Below, piece after piece: positions 37,418 to 47,586 of a DNA stretch of 64,000 nt. Under the pieces are notes generated by a model, which ran no database searches, was not told the origin of the DNA, and was given only the letters and a program-made list of their open reading frames with translations. The translations under genes and the position numbers were made by a program. Origin of the DNA: an uncultured virus (IMG/VR IMGVR_UViG_3300046507_000471). Lineage: Duplodnaviria > Heunggongvirae > Uroviricota > Caudoviricetes. The stretch lies in IMG/VR virus record IMGVR_UViG_3300046507_000471, one strand, 5' to 3'. Numbering within the stretch: position 1 is the stretch's first letter; each line of letters starts with the position of its first letter.

Positions 37418-38231
37418 ATGTTACTTCATCTTCATTTTCAAATTCTAACTGCAATTGCTCATTCTGTAAACCCTTTCTAATTCTACTATACTCAAAGATA
37501 TCTGACGGAATACTTACGTAAGTAGTCGAACAGTAATGACTGAGATTGTAATACTCGTTTTGATATATAGGATATTCTACGTTAGTCAGAAGTTCACACT
37601 CTACGAAATACACTGGGTAGTCAGAAAGTGTTCCGGCGTCGTCGCTCTTCTTGATTCCTATCTTTGGAAAGATACTTTTGAATGCTTGTTGGAGCCTTTC
37701 TTCTCCGCCATAGTCAGCCATTACTGATTCTAAGTAATCACCTGGAAATTTCATCTTCCAGTATGTTTTACCTTTTCTAGAAACAAGGTTCACGCCCAAA
37801 GAAGACAACCTATACCTAGTCTCTTTGGTATTTATATGTCTTAACGTAAAAGATCCTAACCTATTGTTGTCCTTTCTTACGGAAGCTACATATTGACCGT
37901 ATAAAAAGATCTGTCCAGTTTTAGGAAGATACTCGAACGACTTAGTTTTAAGATGGAGATTCAAAGAAATACAATGAGAAACATCATTACTGAAAAAGCC
38001 ACTCGCAACATGGTATACATTGCCGTGAGAGCCTCTTGAGTATTTCCACTTCCTATCTGCCTTCAACTTCAACTCACGTTCAATAGTATGCTTCCAAGAA
38101 GGTTTACCTGACCCTTCGAATGGACTTTTTGGGTATCTGAGTTTGTTATATTCTGGAGTTCCGATAATGAGATCGGCGTTAGACTCTGAGTCTGCCTGAA
38201 CACAAAAGTCTATTCTACTAGCTTGGTACAA
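37404..38231 (-). CDS. hypothetical protein
   Basis: AGGAGG RBS, TTG start, promoter motif at 38266. Confidence 0.7.
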   Translation of the reverse strand: MYQASRIDFCVQADSESNADLIIGTPEYNKLRYPKSPFEGSGKPSWKHTIERELKLKADRKWKYSRGSHGNVYHVASGFFSNDVSHCISLNLHLKTKSFEYLPKTGQIFLYGQYVASVRKDNNRLGSFTLRHINTKETRYRLSSLGVNLVSRKGKTYWKMKFPGDYLESVMADYGGEERLQQAFKSIFPKIGIKKSDDAGTLSDYPVYFVECELLTNVEYPIYQNEYYNLSHYCSTTYVSIPSDIFEYSRIRKGLQNEQLQLEFENEDEVTFESW

Positions 38232-38290
38232 TTAAGCCTCCTAAAAAGATATCTTTACTAAGAGGCTTATACCAAAGAAAAACGGTTAGT

Positions 38291-38983
38291 TTAATCAGCA
38301 GAAGTTTGAACTGCTTGAACGCTAAACTCTATTCCAAAGATTTGGTCTGGATTGAAAATTGCTGATTTGATATGTGACACAACGGTATCGCTAAGAAGAA
38401 CCTCGAAGTGATTATATGCAACCTCGATTTTCTTTGCACCCTTAAGCGCTCGCTGAGAATTGACTGTTACTACGCCATCGTTAGCTTCTGGATAAATAGG
38501 ATTGTTACCAGAAGTTGTAATGAAGTTAAGTGTAGGTACTACAGCGCCTACGGCCCTAATGTCATTGACTACTCTATTCTTTGTAGAAATGTTTTTGAAA
38601 AGATGATAGTGTGGAAATAGCCATTGAAGATAATCAGCACCTTCGCATCCACCAATCGGTGAAGCCATAGTGATAATACCTTTAATGTCTTTGTTTAATT
38701 CAAAGTGTTTAACTCTTTGTGAAACTGCTACTGCTAAAACCCCGCCTAGGCTATGACCGATCAAATAAATAGGTCTGTCTGAAGGAAGTGACTCAGCGAT
38801 TATTTCGACAGTAGCTGCAATAGGTTCTTGACAGTCATACCGTACATTTACAAACTCTGCTCCGTTCATTTCTTCAAACTCGTGAAGTTTGGTTTGAATA
38901 GCAGAGAAAGAAGTAGGTGTTGCGTTAGCCCCGTGGATAAACCAAATAGAAGGTCTCTTCACGTGTGTTAGTTCATTACTCAT
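38291..38983 (-). CDS. alpha/beta hydrolase (lipase/esterase-like)
   Basis: FIHGA, GHSLGG, NDGVV, NHFEVL. Confidence 0.88.
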   Translation of the reverse strand: MSNELTHVKRPSIWFIHGANATPTSFSAIQTKLHEFEEMNGAEFVNVRYDCQEPIAATVEIIAESLPSDRPIYLIGHSLGGVLAVAVSQRVKHFELNKDIKGIITMASPIGGCEGADYLQWLFPHYHLFKNISTKNRVVNDIRAVGAVVPTLNFITTSGNNPIYPEANDGVVTVNSQRALKGAKKIEVAYNHFEVLLSDTVVSHIKSAIFNPDQIFGIEFSVQAVQTSAD

Positions 38984-39302
38984 TTTGTAGTATCCAGCTG
39001 GTGAATTCAGGATTATCTTTAAGCACCGCTAGTAACACGCTTGCGATATTACTTACTTGCTGTTCAGTCATCCCTGTAATTAGGGTTTCATCGATAGCGT
39101 GAATGGTTTCGTGAAGTAACGTGTCTTGCATATACGCCAACGCTTTCTTCTCTCTGACTAAAATGTTCTGAGAATCAAGCTCCATGATGCCATCAGCATC
39201 TTCCCACTCATCGTCCTTCATAAACCTAATCTTGAAAATCTTACCTAGTACCCGTACCTGATTAGGTAATTTATTGTAAACCGGTCTTTTAATTTTGTCC
39301 AT
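38976..39302 (-). CDS. small HExxH metalloprotease-like protein
   Basis: DTLLHETIHAI. Confidence 0.65.
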   Translation of the reverse strand: MDKIKRPVYNKLPNQVRVLGKIFKIRFMKDDEWEDADGIMELDSQNILVREKKALAYMQDTLLHETIHAIDETLITGMTEQQVSNIASVLLAVLKDNPEFTSWILQNE

Positions 39303-39405
39303 GTTTGTAATTCCAAAGTCGCTCCCCTAATTGGTTATTAATCTAAAAAAAGCGACTCACTTTCGAAACGTAAAAAAAGACGCTCCAAGTTTCGGAGCGC
39401 CTCTT

Positions 39406-39552
39406 TCATTCCTTCTTCTTCCCTTCCTTGATCCCTTCGACTGCTCCTTGGATAGCTCCGACTACTCCAGAGACTATGACTGCAATCAAGATCATGATTA
39501 GAACCGCTGCAGTCAGGATTAGGACGGACGCTTTGAACAGGAACACAAACAT
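39406..39552 (-). CDS. small membrane protein (48 aa, not in ORF track)
   Basis: GGAGGTG RBS; MFVFLFKASVLILTAAVLIMILIAVIVSG...; terminator follows. Confidence 0.65.
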   Translation of the reverse strand: MFVFLFKASVLILTAAVLIMILIAVIVSGVVGAIQGAVEGIKEGKKKE

Positions 39553-39573
39553 GTCACACCTCCGAATGGAGCG

Positions 39574-39738
39574 TTACATGCAGACGTTGGACCCTGAGCA
39601 GAAGGATTGAATGGTGAGCGAAGCCAGAATCGTGATAGCAACAACCATCACAATCAAGCCGCCGAAAACCTTCAGATCTTCCTTGTCCGCTATTACTTTT
39701 TGCTCAGTGAGCATGTGCCGCATATCGATGTTTTTCAT
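39574..39738 (-). CDS. small membrane protein (54 aa, not in ORF track)
   Basis: MKNIDMRH...FGGLIVMVVAITILASL; follows the promoter motif at 39781. Confidence 0.6.
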   Translation of the reverse strand: MKNIDMRHMLTEQKVIADKEDLKVFGGLIVMVVAITILASLTIQSFCSGSNVCM

Positions 39739-39810
39739 TTGGAACTTGTCCTTCCAAAAAAGATTGTTTTACCCAATTCTCTTATACCAAGTTATGACTT
39801 GTGAATTGAG

Positions 39811-40470
39811 CTAAATCGAGTTGATGACAGACTTCTCTTTGTTAACTTTTGACAGGTACGTTTTGGCTCGACCACCAGCCAAGAAATTACCGATTCCGAT
39901 ATTGTAAGCCTGAATTGCTCCTGACCTACTATGTGTGATACTATAATACTCGCTTAGAACCTCCGTTCCTACACGAATGTTGGTGTCGATGTTTTTAAGA
40001 CTTTCACCACGCGTCTTTGCACGATGAGATTTAGCCTCTATTTGCATCAAGCCCCACGATCCTCTGTGCTGCGCATTTGTGTTGTAAGTAGACTCTACAG
40101 CAATGATTGCAAGAATATCATATGCTGTTGGAAAATCTGGCCGAGAATACTTCTTGGCAGCTTCCACGATCTTTTCAATGAACCATTCAGGTTTCTTGAA
40201 TCTACTTGCAACAAATTTGATCAGTTTTGCGCTTCTCTGATCTTTCGTCTCTTGTGGTTCGTCTGAGCCTACGAACTCATATAAAGAGAAAGTATCTTGT
40301 TGCTGTAACGCAGCATTTAAGACAGTGGATTCCCGTGCGGGTGTGGTTGCTAAAACAGGCGTATTGATTGAATTATCAAATTTGACTTCTTGAGAGCCGC
40401 ACGCCGAGAGTAGCACCGTTACAACTAGTGCGGGGAAGAACTTTCCTACCCATCGGTGAATATAAGCCAT
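39811..40470 (-). CDS. lytic transglycosylase (SLT domain) with lipoprotein-like signal (start MAYIH at 40470)
   Basis: AIIAVESTYN, GLMQI, AYNIG; lipobox LLSACG. Confidence 0.85.
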   Translation of the reverse strand: MAYIHRWVGKFFPALVVTVLLSACGSQEVKFDNSINTPVLATTPARESTVLNAALQQQDTFSLYEFVGSDEPQETKDQRSAKLIKFVASRFKKPEWFIEKIVEAAKKYSRPDFPTAYDILAIIAVESTYNTNAQHRGSWGLMQIEAKSHRAKTRGESLKNIDTNIRVGTEVLSEYYSITHSRSGAIQAYNIGIGNFLAGGRAKTYLSKVNKEKSVINSI

Positions 40471-40550
40471 GTGTGTAAAACCTCCATTTAAAAGTAAAAA
40501 AAGGCTGCTCGAAGTGAATCGAGAAGCCCTTTGACTGAGTTTAACCTCAA

Positions 40551-40913
40551 TCAGACTGCTTGCAAAGTACGACGTTGCTGCGGCGCAACTCGTACGAGCT
40601 TGTCCGTAGTGTATTCGCCTTTTGCAACCTTGACATCGTACGCCCACTTGCGCTTGCTTTCAGTGCGTAAGAAGTGTATCGATTTGTATTCCGCACGGCG
40701 ATTGTGACGAATCGTCGCCTGCTCTGCGTAAACCACTTCCGGATGCATCTTGGCGATCATTTCCATGATCTGCTGGCGGTGCTCACCGATGTCTGGCAAG
40801 TCCTGATAGATGTCAAGAGGGAGAGGTTCAACTTTCACGTCTGCCGACGCTTCTCCTTGTGTGAGCATCGACTTGTTTTGAAACAGTTTCTTGAGTGCTT
40901 GAACGAAGTTCAT
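40551..40913 (-). CDS. hypothetical protein
   Basis: AAGGAA RBS. Confidence 0.65.
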   Translation of the reverse strand: MNFVQALKKLFQNKSMLTQGEASADVKVEPLPLDIYQDLPDIGEHRQQIMEMIAKMHPEVVYAEQATIRHNRRAEYKSIHFLRTESKRKWAYDVKVAKGEYTTDKLVRVAPQQRRTLQAV

Positions 40914-40982
40914 TTTGGCGTTTTCCTTTTTTTGGTTATACGTGGTAGAGAGCGAAGCCTAAGCCTCGCCCTCTGTCCAGGT

Positions 40983-41708
40983 TTACTTCAGCGACGCAAG
41001 GCCCATACGTTCCCGGACGAATGGATCCGTCGGTTCGTTATGAGCTACTGCTTGTTGCTTTTCTGCAGCAACTTTTTCCTGCTTGGTCTCCGGGCACGAA
41101 ACTCCTGCATCACGATACGCTTGACGCACATCGTCTGACAAATTGCACAACATGTTTACCGAAGCTTGAGCCAACTTCCCCGACATTGCTGCATACCCCG
41201 CAGCGCTGTTTTGATACTCTGCAGCAGCTTGTGCATCGTTGCGCTTCTTGGCTTCATCCGCCAGAGCCAATGCACGTGCTGCGGCGTTGCCATACGTTGC
41301 CGAGAACTCCATCGTGTGTACTGCTGCACGTGTGTTCACACAAGCTACGCCTGGCTCCTTCAGCACCGGCCCACCAGCGGCCAGTGTTGCGTAAGGGACG
41401 CTGATACCGGCCTGTTGCGTACCGCCGCAATAGTCCGATGAGAATGAGCTGGAGAACGATCCCAGGCCGACTGCCGTGTTCGAACCCGTAACACCGGAGT
41501 AATGCACATCGGTGGAGGTATGTTCCGGCGAAGTCGTGTTGAAGTTGTTCGTAGCGCTGACACCTTGATTGCTCGCCTCGGTCTGCGAGACAGCATTGCT
41601 GGTGTTCGTGCTATTCACATCCGCGTTGACTCTGTTCTGAGCCATTGCGGTCGAAGCTATTACCAATCCCAGAGCAGTGCTCAGGATAACTCGTGCAAAG
41701 CGTTTCAT
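40983..41708 (-). CDS. secreted protein with N/S/T-rich N-terminal region and four Cys
   Basis: Signal peptide MKRFARVIL...TAMA. Confidence 0.75.
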   Translation of the reverse strand: MKRFARVILSTALGLVIASTAMAQNRVNADVNSTNTSNAVSQTEASNQGVSATNNFNTTSPEHTSTDVHYSGVTGSNTAVGLGSFSSSFSSDYCGGTQQAGISVPYATLAAGGPVLKEPGVACVNTRAAVHTMEFSATYGNAAARALALADEAKKRNDAQAAAEYQNSAAGYAAMSGKLAQASVNMLCNLSDDVRQAYRDAGVSCPETKQEKVAAEKQQAVAHNEPTDPFVRERMGLASLK

Positions 41709-41810
41709 GTTAACTACCCCAGAATTTAGTATCGTTATGTAGGCGGAGCGTACCCCATCAGTACGCCCCTACCTGTGGCCTTTTACTACGGTACTTCTAC
41801 TACTCGCTGC

Positions 41811-42353
41811 TTAGAAGCCAGCAACGTGGCCGATTGCCGACAGACCTGCCGAGCCTTCGATGCCAGCCATGCCCGTCACGCCGACGATGGTTTGCGTTGC
41901 TGCGGCTGCGGCGGTGTTCTGCACTTGAGCCACGCCAGCGGTGCCGTTGATCAGCAGACCCTTGTCGTCCAGCGTCGGCAGTTGCGACGACTGGTTCGAG
42001 TTCGACACGACGTTCGAGACCGCACCTTGCGAGGTTGTGGCCGTCACGCTGTTGGGCTTGACATCGACGCTTGCAGTGGTCGTACCCGCACCGGTCGAGA
42101 TCGTCGATTGCGTGCTGTACGCATTCGGGCCGAAGACCTTCGTGGACGACACGGCGTTGCCGCTGGTTTGGCTCGAAGCCGACAGACCTGCGTTGACTTG
42201 ACCGACCGTGATCTGACCGCCGATTTCTGCTTGACCGGCGACGCCGCCCGAGACTGCGCCACCGTTGTTGTTGCCGTTGCCATTGCCGTTACCGGCGAAA
42301 GCTGCGATCGAAGCGAAGGACAGGATTGCTGCAGCGATGAGGTTGCGTTTCAT
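41811..42353 (-). CDS. secreted low-complexity G/A/S/T/N/Q-rich protein
   Basis: AAGGAG RBS; signal peptide ...AAFA; GNGNGNGNNN. Confidence 0.78.
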   Translation of the reverse strand: MKRNLIAAAILSFASIAAFAGNGNGNGNNNGGAVSGGVAGQAEIGGQITVGQVNAGLSASSQTSGNAVSSTKVFGPNAYSTQSTISTGAGTTTASVDVKPNSVTATTSQGAVSNVVSNSNQSSQLPTLDDKGLLINGTAGVAQVQNTAAAAATQTIVGVTGMAGIEGSAGLSAIGHVAGF

Positions 42354-42491
42354 GGTGTTGCTCCTTTACTGATTGGTTGGTTTTTGATACTGCGATTGGT
42401 TTTGCCAATAGGAGACTACACTCTTGTAGGTTGGCCATCTACTTGAGTATTCACTGCCGTGGGTTTAGCACGGCCCCCGGGAATACGGTTT

Positions 42492-43109
42492 TTACAGATA
42501 CGCTTGCGAGTACAACTCCAGCGCACCGTTCTCGATCAGGAACTGCGCAGCGTCGGACATTGCCGAGCTGTCGTCCTTCATGTACATCTTGATCGTCTTG
42601 CCTTCCAGCATCCGCGTCACAACGAGTTCTTTTGCTACGAGGCTGTCCGGAGTGTCAGCCGGGTTCTGCAGAGCAATTGCATACTCCAGGCAGAAAGCCT
42701 TACCGGCACTGGACTTGTGGAACAGGAACGACACTGTGCGATCCACGAAGTGCGTGTCGAAGTCAGAAATCATTTCGTACAGAAACGCTTCGAATACATT
42801 GCGCGGCGCTTCTTGATTTCGTCCAGAGCCCTTTACTTCCACGGTCTGTTTCACCGTGACGTATTCCCAGCCGTGTTCAGCGATCAGCGTTGCAACTCCG
42901 GACTTGCGAAGATCACGGACAGGTTTGGAGTTCAGGTACTTGCCCTTGCTGCGACTTTCGAGAATGCGGCTGCGAATTTCTGCCTCAGCTTCGGCAAGAG
43001 CCTCGCGGGTATGCTGGGGATTTTTCGAAATCCAACCATTCACTGCTGCAGTGATTTGGTTGTGAGCCGACGATTCATCGAAAAGGGTGCGTGCTTCGGG
43101 AGCGTTCAT
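42492..43109 (-). CDS. hypothetical protein
   Basis: GC-rich ORF with a hairpin downstream. Confidence 0.7.
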   Translation of the reverse strand: MNAPEARTLFDESSAHNQITAAVNGWISKNPQHTREALAEAEAEIRSRILESRSKGKYLNSKPVRDLRKSGVATLIAEHGWEYVTVKQTVEVKGSGRNQEAPRNVFEAFLYEMISDFDTHFVDRTVSFLFHKSSAGKAFCLEYAIALQNPADTPDSLVAKELVVTRMLEGKTIKMYMKDDSSAMSDAAQFLIENGALELYSQAYL

Positions 43110-43145
43110 TGTTCTTTACCTTTCTTTGGTAGGTCTTACTACGTG

Positions 43146-43385
43146 TTAGTGTTGTGGTCTAAGCCAGAGATACAAGCCGTTATCAGGGATCTTGAAAGGA
43201 TCCGGACTGGAAAAACTATCCTTGCTCTCAGAATACTTATGCCAATTCGGAGCTTCAATATTGACTTTTGACTGCTCGATAGCACATTCAACTGCTGGTG
43301 TATGGCAGATATCGCAGGCACGAATAAGCAAGTTTTTAGGAACTTTCTTACTGGCCTGCTTAAGACAGGGAACGCAGATCCACAT
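43146..43385 (-). CDS. small CxxC...CxxC protein
   Basis: CVPC...CDIC; follows the promoter motif at 43425. Confidence 0.55.
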   Translation of the reverse strand: MWICVPCLKQASKKVPKNLLIRACDICHTPAVECAIEQSKVNIEAPNWHKYSESKDSFSSPDPFKIPDNGLYLWLRPQH

Positions 43386-43425
43386 TTTGAAATCCGGTAA
43401 AAAGTTACAGGTTTACCCAATAACC

Positions 43426-45228
43426 TTATACCAAATTCGTATCTAATTCTCTAAGTTTATGAGCGATATCAACGAGGAGTTCTTCTCGAATGCTCATCTT
43501 ATCAATGGCTGCTTTTCTGATTTGATGTTCAACGGTTGTGTTTGCGAATATACGATAATACTCACATACGTGTTTTTGACCGATTCGGTGAATACGGTCT
43601 TGTTGTTGCAGATATACTTCTAAGCTAAAGTTCATACTGTAGAAGATTTCGGTGTGAACTTCGGGATTGATGTTAGGCATCATCTCATATTCATTCTCCG
43701 AGTCCTCCAATTTCTCAAGCGTAGTTCCAAGAACGGTAATGCCGTAGTTAACCGCCTTAGCTTGACAGACTAAATACTGGATTGCAGGATTCGCATTATA
43801 TTCACGAACCTTTTTGCCGATATTTGACTCTCCACCTTTGATAACTGAATACGTCTTATCCTCCGCTTTAAGCATCGTTTCGATAAGCTCAAGCTCGGCT
43901 GACATATTAAACCAGATAATCGCTTTCTTGGTTGGAATCTTCTCTACACAGATCTTTCTGAGAGCTTCAATCTTCGGTTGATTCTCGAAAAACAGAGTTT
44001 CACGCTTTGGTTTACGCTTGCGCTCCTTACCATCTTGGAGAAGATCATCCATGTCATTCGCAGCGTATGCGTCATTCTGCTTGAGATCAGTCTCGGCCTT
44101 TTCAGTCTTGTATAAAAATCCATTTGAAATCTGATACAGCTTACTCAGCATAACCAGTGGATTATCAATCTCGATAAAATTGCCTTTGAACTCAGCAATG
44201 TAGTTTCTTACAAGCGAGTCATAAACGTCTTTCTGTTCTTGAGAAGGCGTTACATAAACGTCATGAAATACCTTTTCCGGAATCTTGCCTTTAAGCCATT
44301 CTTCTTTAGTCATTACGATACAGCATGACTCAAGAATTGACCTTGCAATATTCATACCTTTAAATGCAACAATAGCGTTTACAGCGGAGTTATCTTCTTT
44401 CTTGATAAGCTTCTTTACGGTATGTCGATCCAAAAAGTTTCGATAGTTAAGTCCAACTAATGCTGGCTCCAAAAACCGCACTGGACAATACACATCCATA
44501 ATGGAGTTATTTATCAAAGTACCAGATCCGCCAGAACGATAGTTAATCACTCTGGACAACTCTGTCAAAGACTTAGTTCTCGTAGTCTTTGGATCCTTGA
44601 TTAGAAACTCATCCAAGTGGATATATTCATATCCAACTTCTTTTAGGTTCTCTTCAAACGCTACAGCCTTGTTGTAATTGATGATTGTAACTTGGTGCTT
44701 TTCGATCCCTTCTTTTTCCTTCGCCCAATCAGTGCTTTTAACAGTGTAATAGTTAAGGTCGGGACGGTGAAACTTGATTTCATCTTCCCATACGAATAGA
44801 AGAGGTTTAGGACATACGATTACAACCTTCTTAAATCCCATTAGAGCAATGTAGTCCAGAGTAACCTTAGATTTACCCATACCTGGATCTAAAAGAATAC
44901 CCCCGCTTCCAACTGTATATAAATAGCGCAAAGCAATGCGTTGGAAGTCCATAGGCTCTGTAAAGAACCTGAACGATTCTGGGATTTCTCTAAGCTTGGG
45001 AGTTGAAGTCAGAAATTCATGAACATCTTTATCGATTAAGAATTTCATCTTGGGGAATTCGCTTCTCATGCGCATGTACACATTACGAGCAGCACCCCAT
45101 TTTGCGGGAACATAGAAGTAAGGCCCTTCACGTAGAAAGGCCGGGAAGTCCATTAGCTTCTTATATTCTTTAATATCTTCATTTATGAATAGAACTCTTG
45201 TTTTATTCTGGTTAAACTTTATTAGCAT
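43426..45228 (-). CDS. SNF2-like SF2 helicase
   Basis: DPGMGKS, HLDE, SGTLINN, QQQDRIHRIGQ. Confidence 0.85.
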   Translation of the reverse strand: MLIKFNQNKTRVLFINEDIKEYKKLMDFPAFLREGPYFYVPAKWGAARNVYMRMRSEFPKMKFLIDKDVHEFLTSTPKLREIPESFRFFTEPMDFQRIALRYLYTVGSGGILLDPGMGKSKVTLDYIALMGFKKVVIVCPKPLLFVWEDEIKFHRPDLNYYTVKSTDWAKEKEGIEKHQVTIINYNKAVAFEENLKEVGYEYIHLDEFLIKDPKTTRTKSLTELSRVINYRSGGSGTLINNSIMDVYCPVRFLEPALVGLNYRNFLDRHTVKKLIKKEDNSAVNAIVAFKGMNIARSILESCCIVMTKEEWLKGKIPEKVFHDVYVTPSQEQKDVYDSLVRNYIAEFKGNFIEIDNPLVMLSKLYQISNGFLYKTEKAETDLKQNDAYAANDMDDLLQDGKERKRKPKRETLFFENQPKIEALRKICVEKIPTKKAIIWFNMSAELELIETMLKAEDKTYSVIKGGESNIGKKVREYNANPAIQYLVCQAKAVNYGITVLGTTLEKLEDSENEYEMMPNINPEVHTEIFYSMNFSLEVYLQQQDRIHRIGQKHVCEYYRIFANTTVEHQIRKAAIDKMSIREELLVDIAHKLRELDTNLV

Positions 45229-45475
45229 TCTTCAGTGTTTCAACATCAAAGTTTATCATCGTACAGAATTCCATTACTAAATCTGCGCTAAGCCTCAAGT
45301 CTCGTAAATGACGAAACATGAATAACATCGAGGCCATATCTTCTGTATCGAACTTCCATTTACGTAGAATGTCGTATCTATTCTGTTGCCAGAAGAACGG
45401 ATTATCAACGTCGATATATTCTTGTGAACGGTATTGCATTCTACCGTCAGCGTCTAAAAAAGCGTATCCTTTCAT
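45212..45475 (-). CDS. hypothetical protein
   Basis: Coupled operon. Confidence 0.7.
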   Translation of the reverse strand: MKGYAFLDADGRMQYRSQEYIDVDNPFFWQQNRYDILRKWKFDTEDMASMLFMFRHLRDLRLSADLVMEFCTMINFDVETLKNANKV

Positions 45476-45939
45476 CAGTTGTAATTAATTAAAATACCGC
45501 CTGCGAATGCAAATGCTTCAGCGAAGGCTGGTTCAATAGAGTCTACGATTTCGCAGGCTTTTTCTTTACTTCCACAGCGAAGTACAATAACGTCTTTCTG
45601 AATGTGCTCAATCTTCTCTTTGGGAATTTTGGCCCAAAATGAAATTCCTCTCTCTTGAGCATTAATGTCTTTGAGAACAACAACGCTTTCATGAGGATAC
45701 TGAACTCGCACCCACTGTCCCAATACTTCTGCATATGAAAAGCCTTCAAGCTTGCTATCAGACTTTACAAACGCAGACTCGGCAATGCCTACATGTCTCC
45801 AATATGTATTGAAGCTATTGAAGTACATAGAGTACTGCTGGCTGAAATACTTTGAGCCATGACGATCACGCCAGGGCCAACGCCTTGTAATAGTGTCTCC
45901 GTGATATTCGTAGACAATGCCGTTTTCTGTGAGTTTCAT
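45475..45939 (-). CDS. hypothetical protein
   Basis: Coupled operon; ATGGTACAAT box upstream at ~45982-45991. Confidence 0.7.
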   Translation of the reverse strand: MKLTENGIVYEYHGDTITRRWPWRDRHGSKYFSQQYSMYFNSFNTYWRHVGIAESAFVKSDSKLEGFSYAEVLGQWVRVQYPHESVVVLKDINAQERGISFWAKIPKEKIEHIQKDVIVLRCGSKEKACEIVDSIEPAFAEAFAFAGGILINYN

Positions 45940-46014
45940 AGTTGAAGACTAAAAATAATTGCTGTAAAATAAGCCATAGATATTGTACCATAACTCAATC
46001 GGAATTAAACAAAT

Positions 46015-47202
46015 ATGTCTACACCAGGTTTCGTCGCTCAGGATAGCAATTCACTGACACCAGTGCGTTACTTCACTCAGTTCGACCCATATCATTACGC
46101 AGTCGATAACAGACCTCTAACGGATCTAGCTGCTAACATCTCAACTATCGGTTCGGGCGGTGGCGACTCTGCTAGGCGTGCTGTGCTTATCAATGAGCTT
46201 GCTATGGCGTCTGTCTTTCAAGATCTGTTCTCCAACGCAAACAACTCAATGGTTATCTCCGGGTTAACAGTAAGTTTCCCAGGCTCAAACATTATCACTG
46301 TAAATCCTGGCGCTGTTTACCAAGCTCAAGCAACGAACGATAGCATTGCCCAAACGACTATTAAGCAGGCTCTACTATTCGCTCCTGTAAGCTTTAACCT
46401 TGTTTCCCCGTCAAACGCTGGAACTTCAATTGCTTACGTCGTTGAAGCTCAGTTCTCAGATTTGTCATCAGTGAATATGGCCTCTTCAGGGCTTCCTGCT
46501 TCATTCCTAGATTCTACGAATACATTCCTACCTTGTTTGCTTCTGAACAAAGAACTGAAGCTTCAGCTAAAGGCAGGTACTCAGGCTCCTACAGGAACTC
46601 AAGTAGAACCTTCTATTGATGCTGGCTGGTTCCCGCTGTACACAATCGTTGTTACGTTCGGTGTCACTAATCCTACGGTATTTGCAAATGCTGCAGCACC
46701 GTTTATTAAGGGTATTAACCAATCAGTAACTCCTGCTGCACTTCTTAGCAACTCAGCTACACAAGTAGCAGTTGCAGGTGTTCCAGTTTGGAACTTCGCA
46801 GATGCGGCTACTCAAGGAGTTGCCGTACCTATGCCACTGCGCAGTCAGAACACCAATCCATACGTACCTATTAAGCTTCGTATTGCTTTTTCAGGCGACG
46901 TTGCTGGTAACAATTTTGCTCTACAGCTTTCATATTTAGCTGTTGGAGTTGGTGACAGTACGACTGCTGGTCTTACGACTACAACTATCGAAACAGTAGC
47001 AATGAATGTTTCAGCAAACGCAGCTCAAACATATGCAACTGCAACTGCTATCATTCCTTCAACTGCTTTCTCAGGCTTCGTTAATAACCAGTGGGTAATC
47101 AACAAAGAGAAGTTGTTCGTTACACTGAATAGACTTGGCTCAAACGCTGCTGATACCAACACTGGCAATTTACGTATTCACGATATTGTTGTTTTTCAGT
47201 AA
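46015..47202 (+). CDS. probable virion structural protein
   Basis: A/S/T/N/V-rich beta-type composition; + strand like other structural-type genes. Confidence 0.55.
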   Translation: MSTPGFVAQDSNSLTPVRYFTQFDPYHYAVDNRPLTDLAANISTIGSGGGDSARRAVLINELAMASVFQDLFSNANNSMVISGLTVSFPGSNIITVNPGAVYQAQATNDSIAQTTIKQALLFAPVSFNLVSPSNAGTSIAYVVEAQFSDLSSVNMASSGLPASFLDSTNTFLPCLLLNKELKLQLKAGTQAPTGTQVEPSIDAGWFPLYTIVVTFGVTNPTVFANAAAPFIKGINQSVTPAALLSNSATQVAVAGVPVWNFADAATQGVAVPMPLRSQNTNPYVPIKLRIAFSGDVAGNNFALQLSYLAVGVGDSTTAGLTTTTIETVAMNVSANAAQTYATATAIIPSTAFSGFVNNQWVINKEKLFVTLNRLGSNAADTNTGNLRIHDIVVFQ

Positions 47203-47517
47203 GCCGTCACACACCTTATAGATGTCTCGTAAGTGAGACAGAATAGTCGGGGCGTTCTCTTGATTGATAGTCGGGAGTTCAGCCCCGAATTTCATTGCAA
47301 GCTTACCTAGCTTATCGATTACAGCGCCTCTGATGTTCTTTTGATCTATGAGCTGGCTTGTTCGAAGAATCATAGCCTCCATCTCATCTAAAAAATTAGG
47401 CTTCACGAGAGGGTGTGAATGGATAAAAATAAGTTCCGATGAGGGAACATATGAATCAGATCCTTTGAAGTAGTTAAGGATCTGTGGGTTCTTAAAACTG
47501 AAATCTGCTAATGCCAT
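47170..47517 (-). CDS. hypothetical protein
   Basis: ORF convergent on 46015..47202. Confidence 0.6.
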   Translation of the reverse strand: MALADFSFKNPQILNYFKGSDSYVPSSELIFIHSHPLVKPNFLDEMEAMILRTSQLIDQKNIRGAVIDKLGKLAMKFGAELPTINQENAPTILSHLRDIYKVCDGLLKNNNIVNT

Positions 47518-47586
47518 TATTTTGTCCGGTAATATCCTTAGTTTAAGAAAGACCCGTGTGGGGCACGGGCCTTTAGAATAATTAGT

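Noticed and set aside
41775..43271. Long + strand ORFs (223 and 270 aa)
   Set aside because: Shadow ORFs of GC-rich - strand genes that have an RBS and, in one case, a signal peptide.
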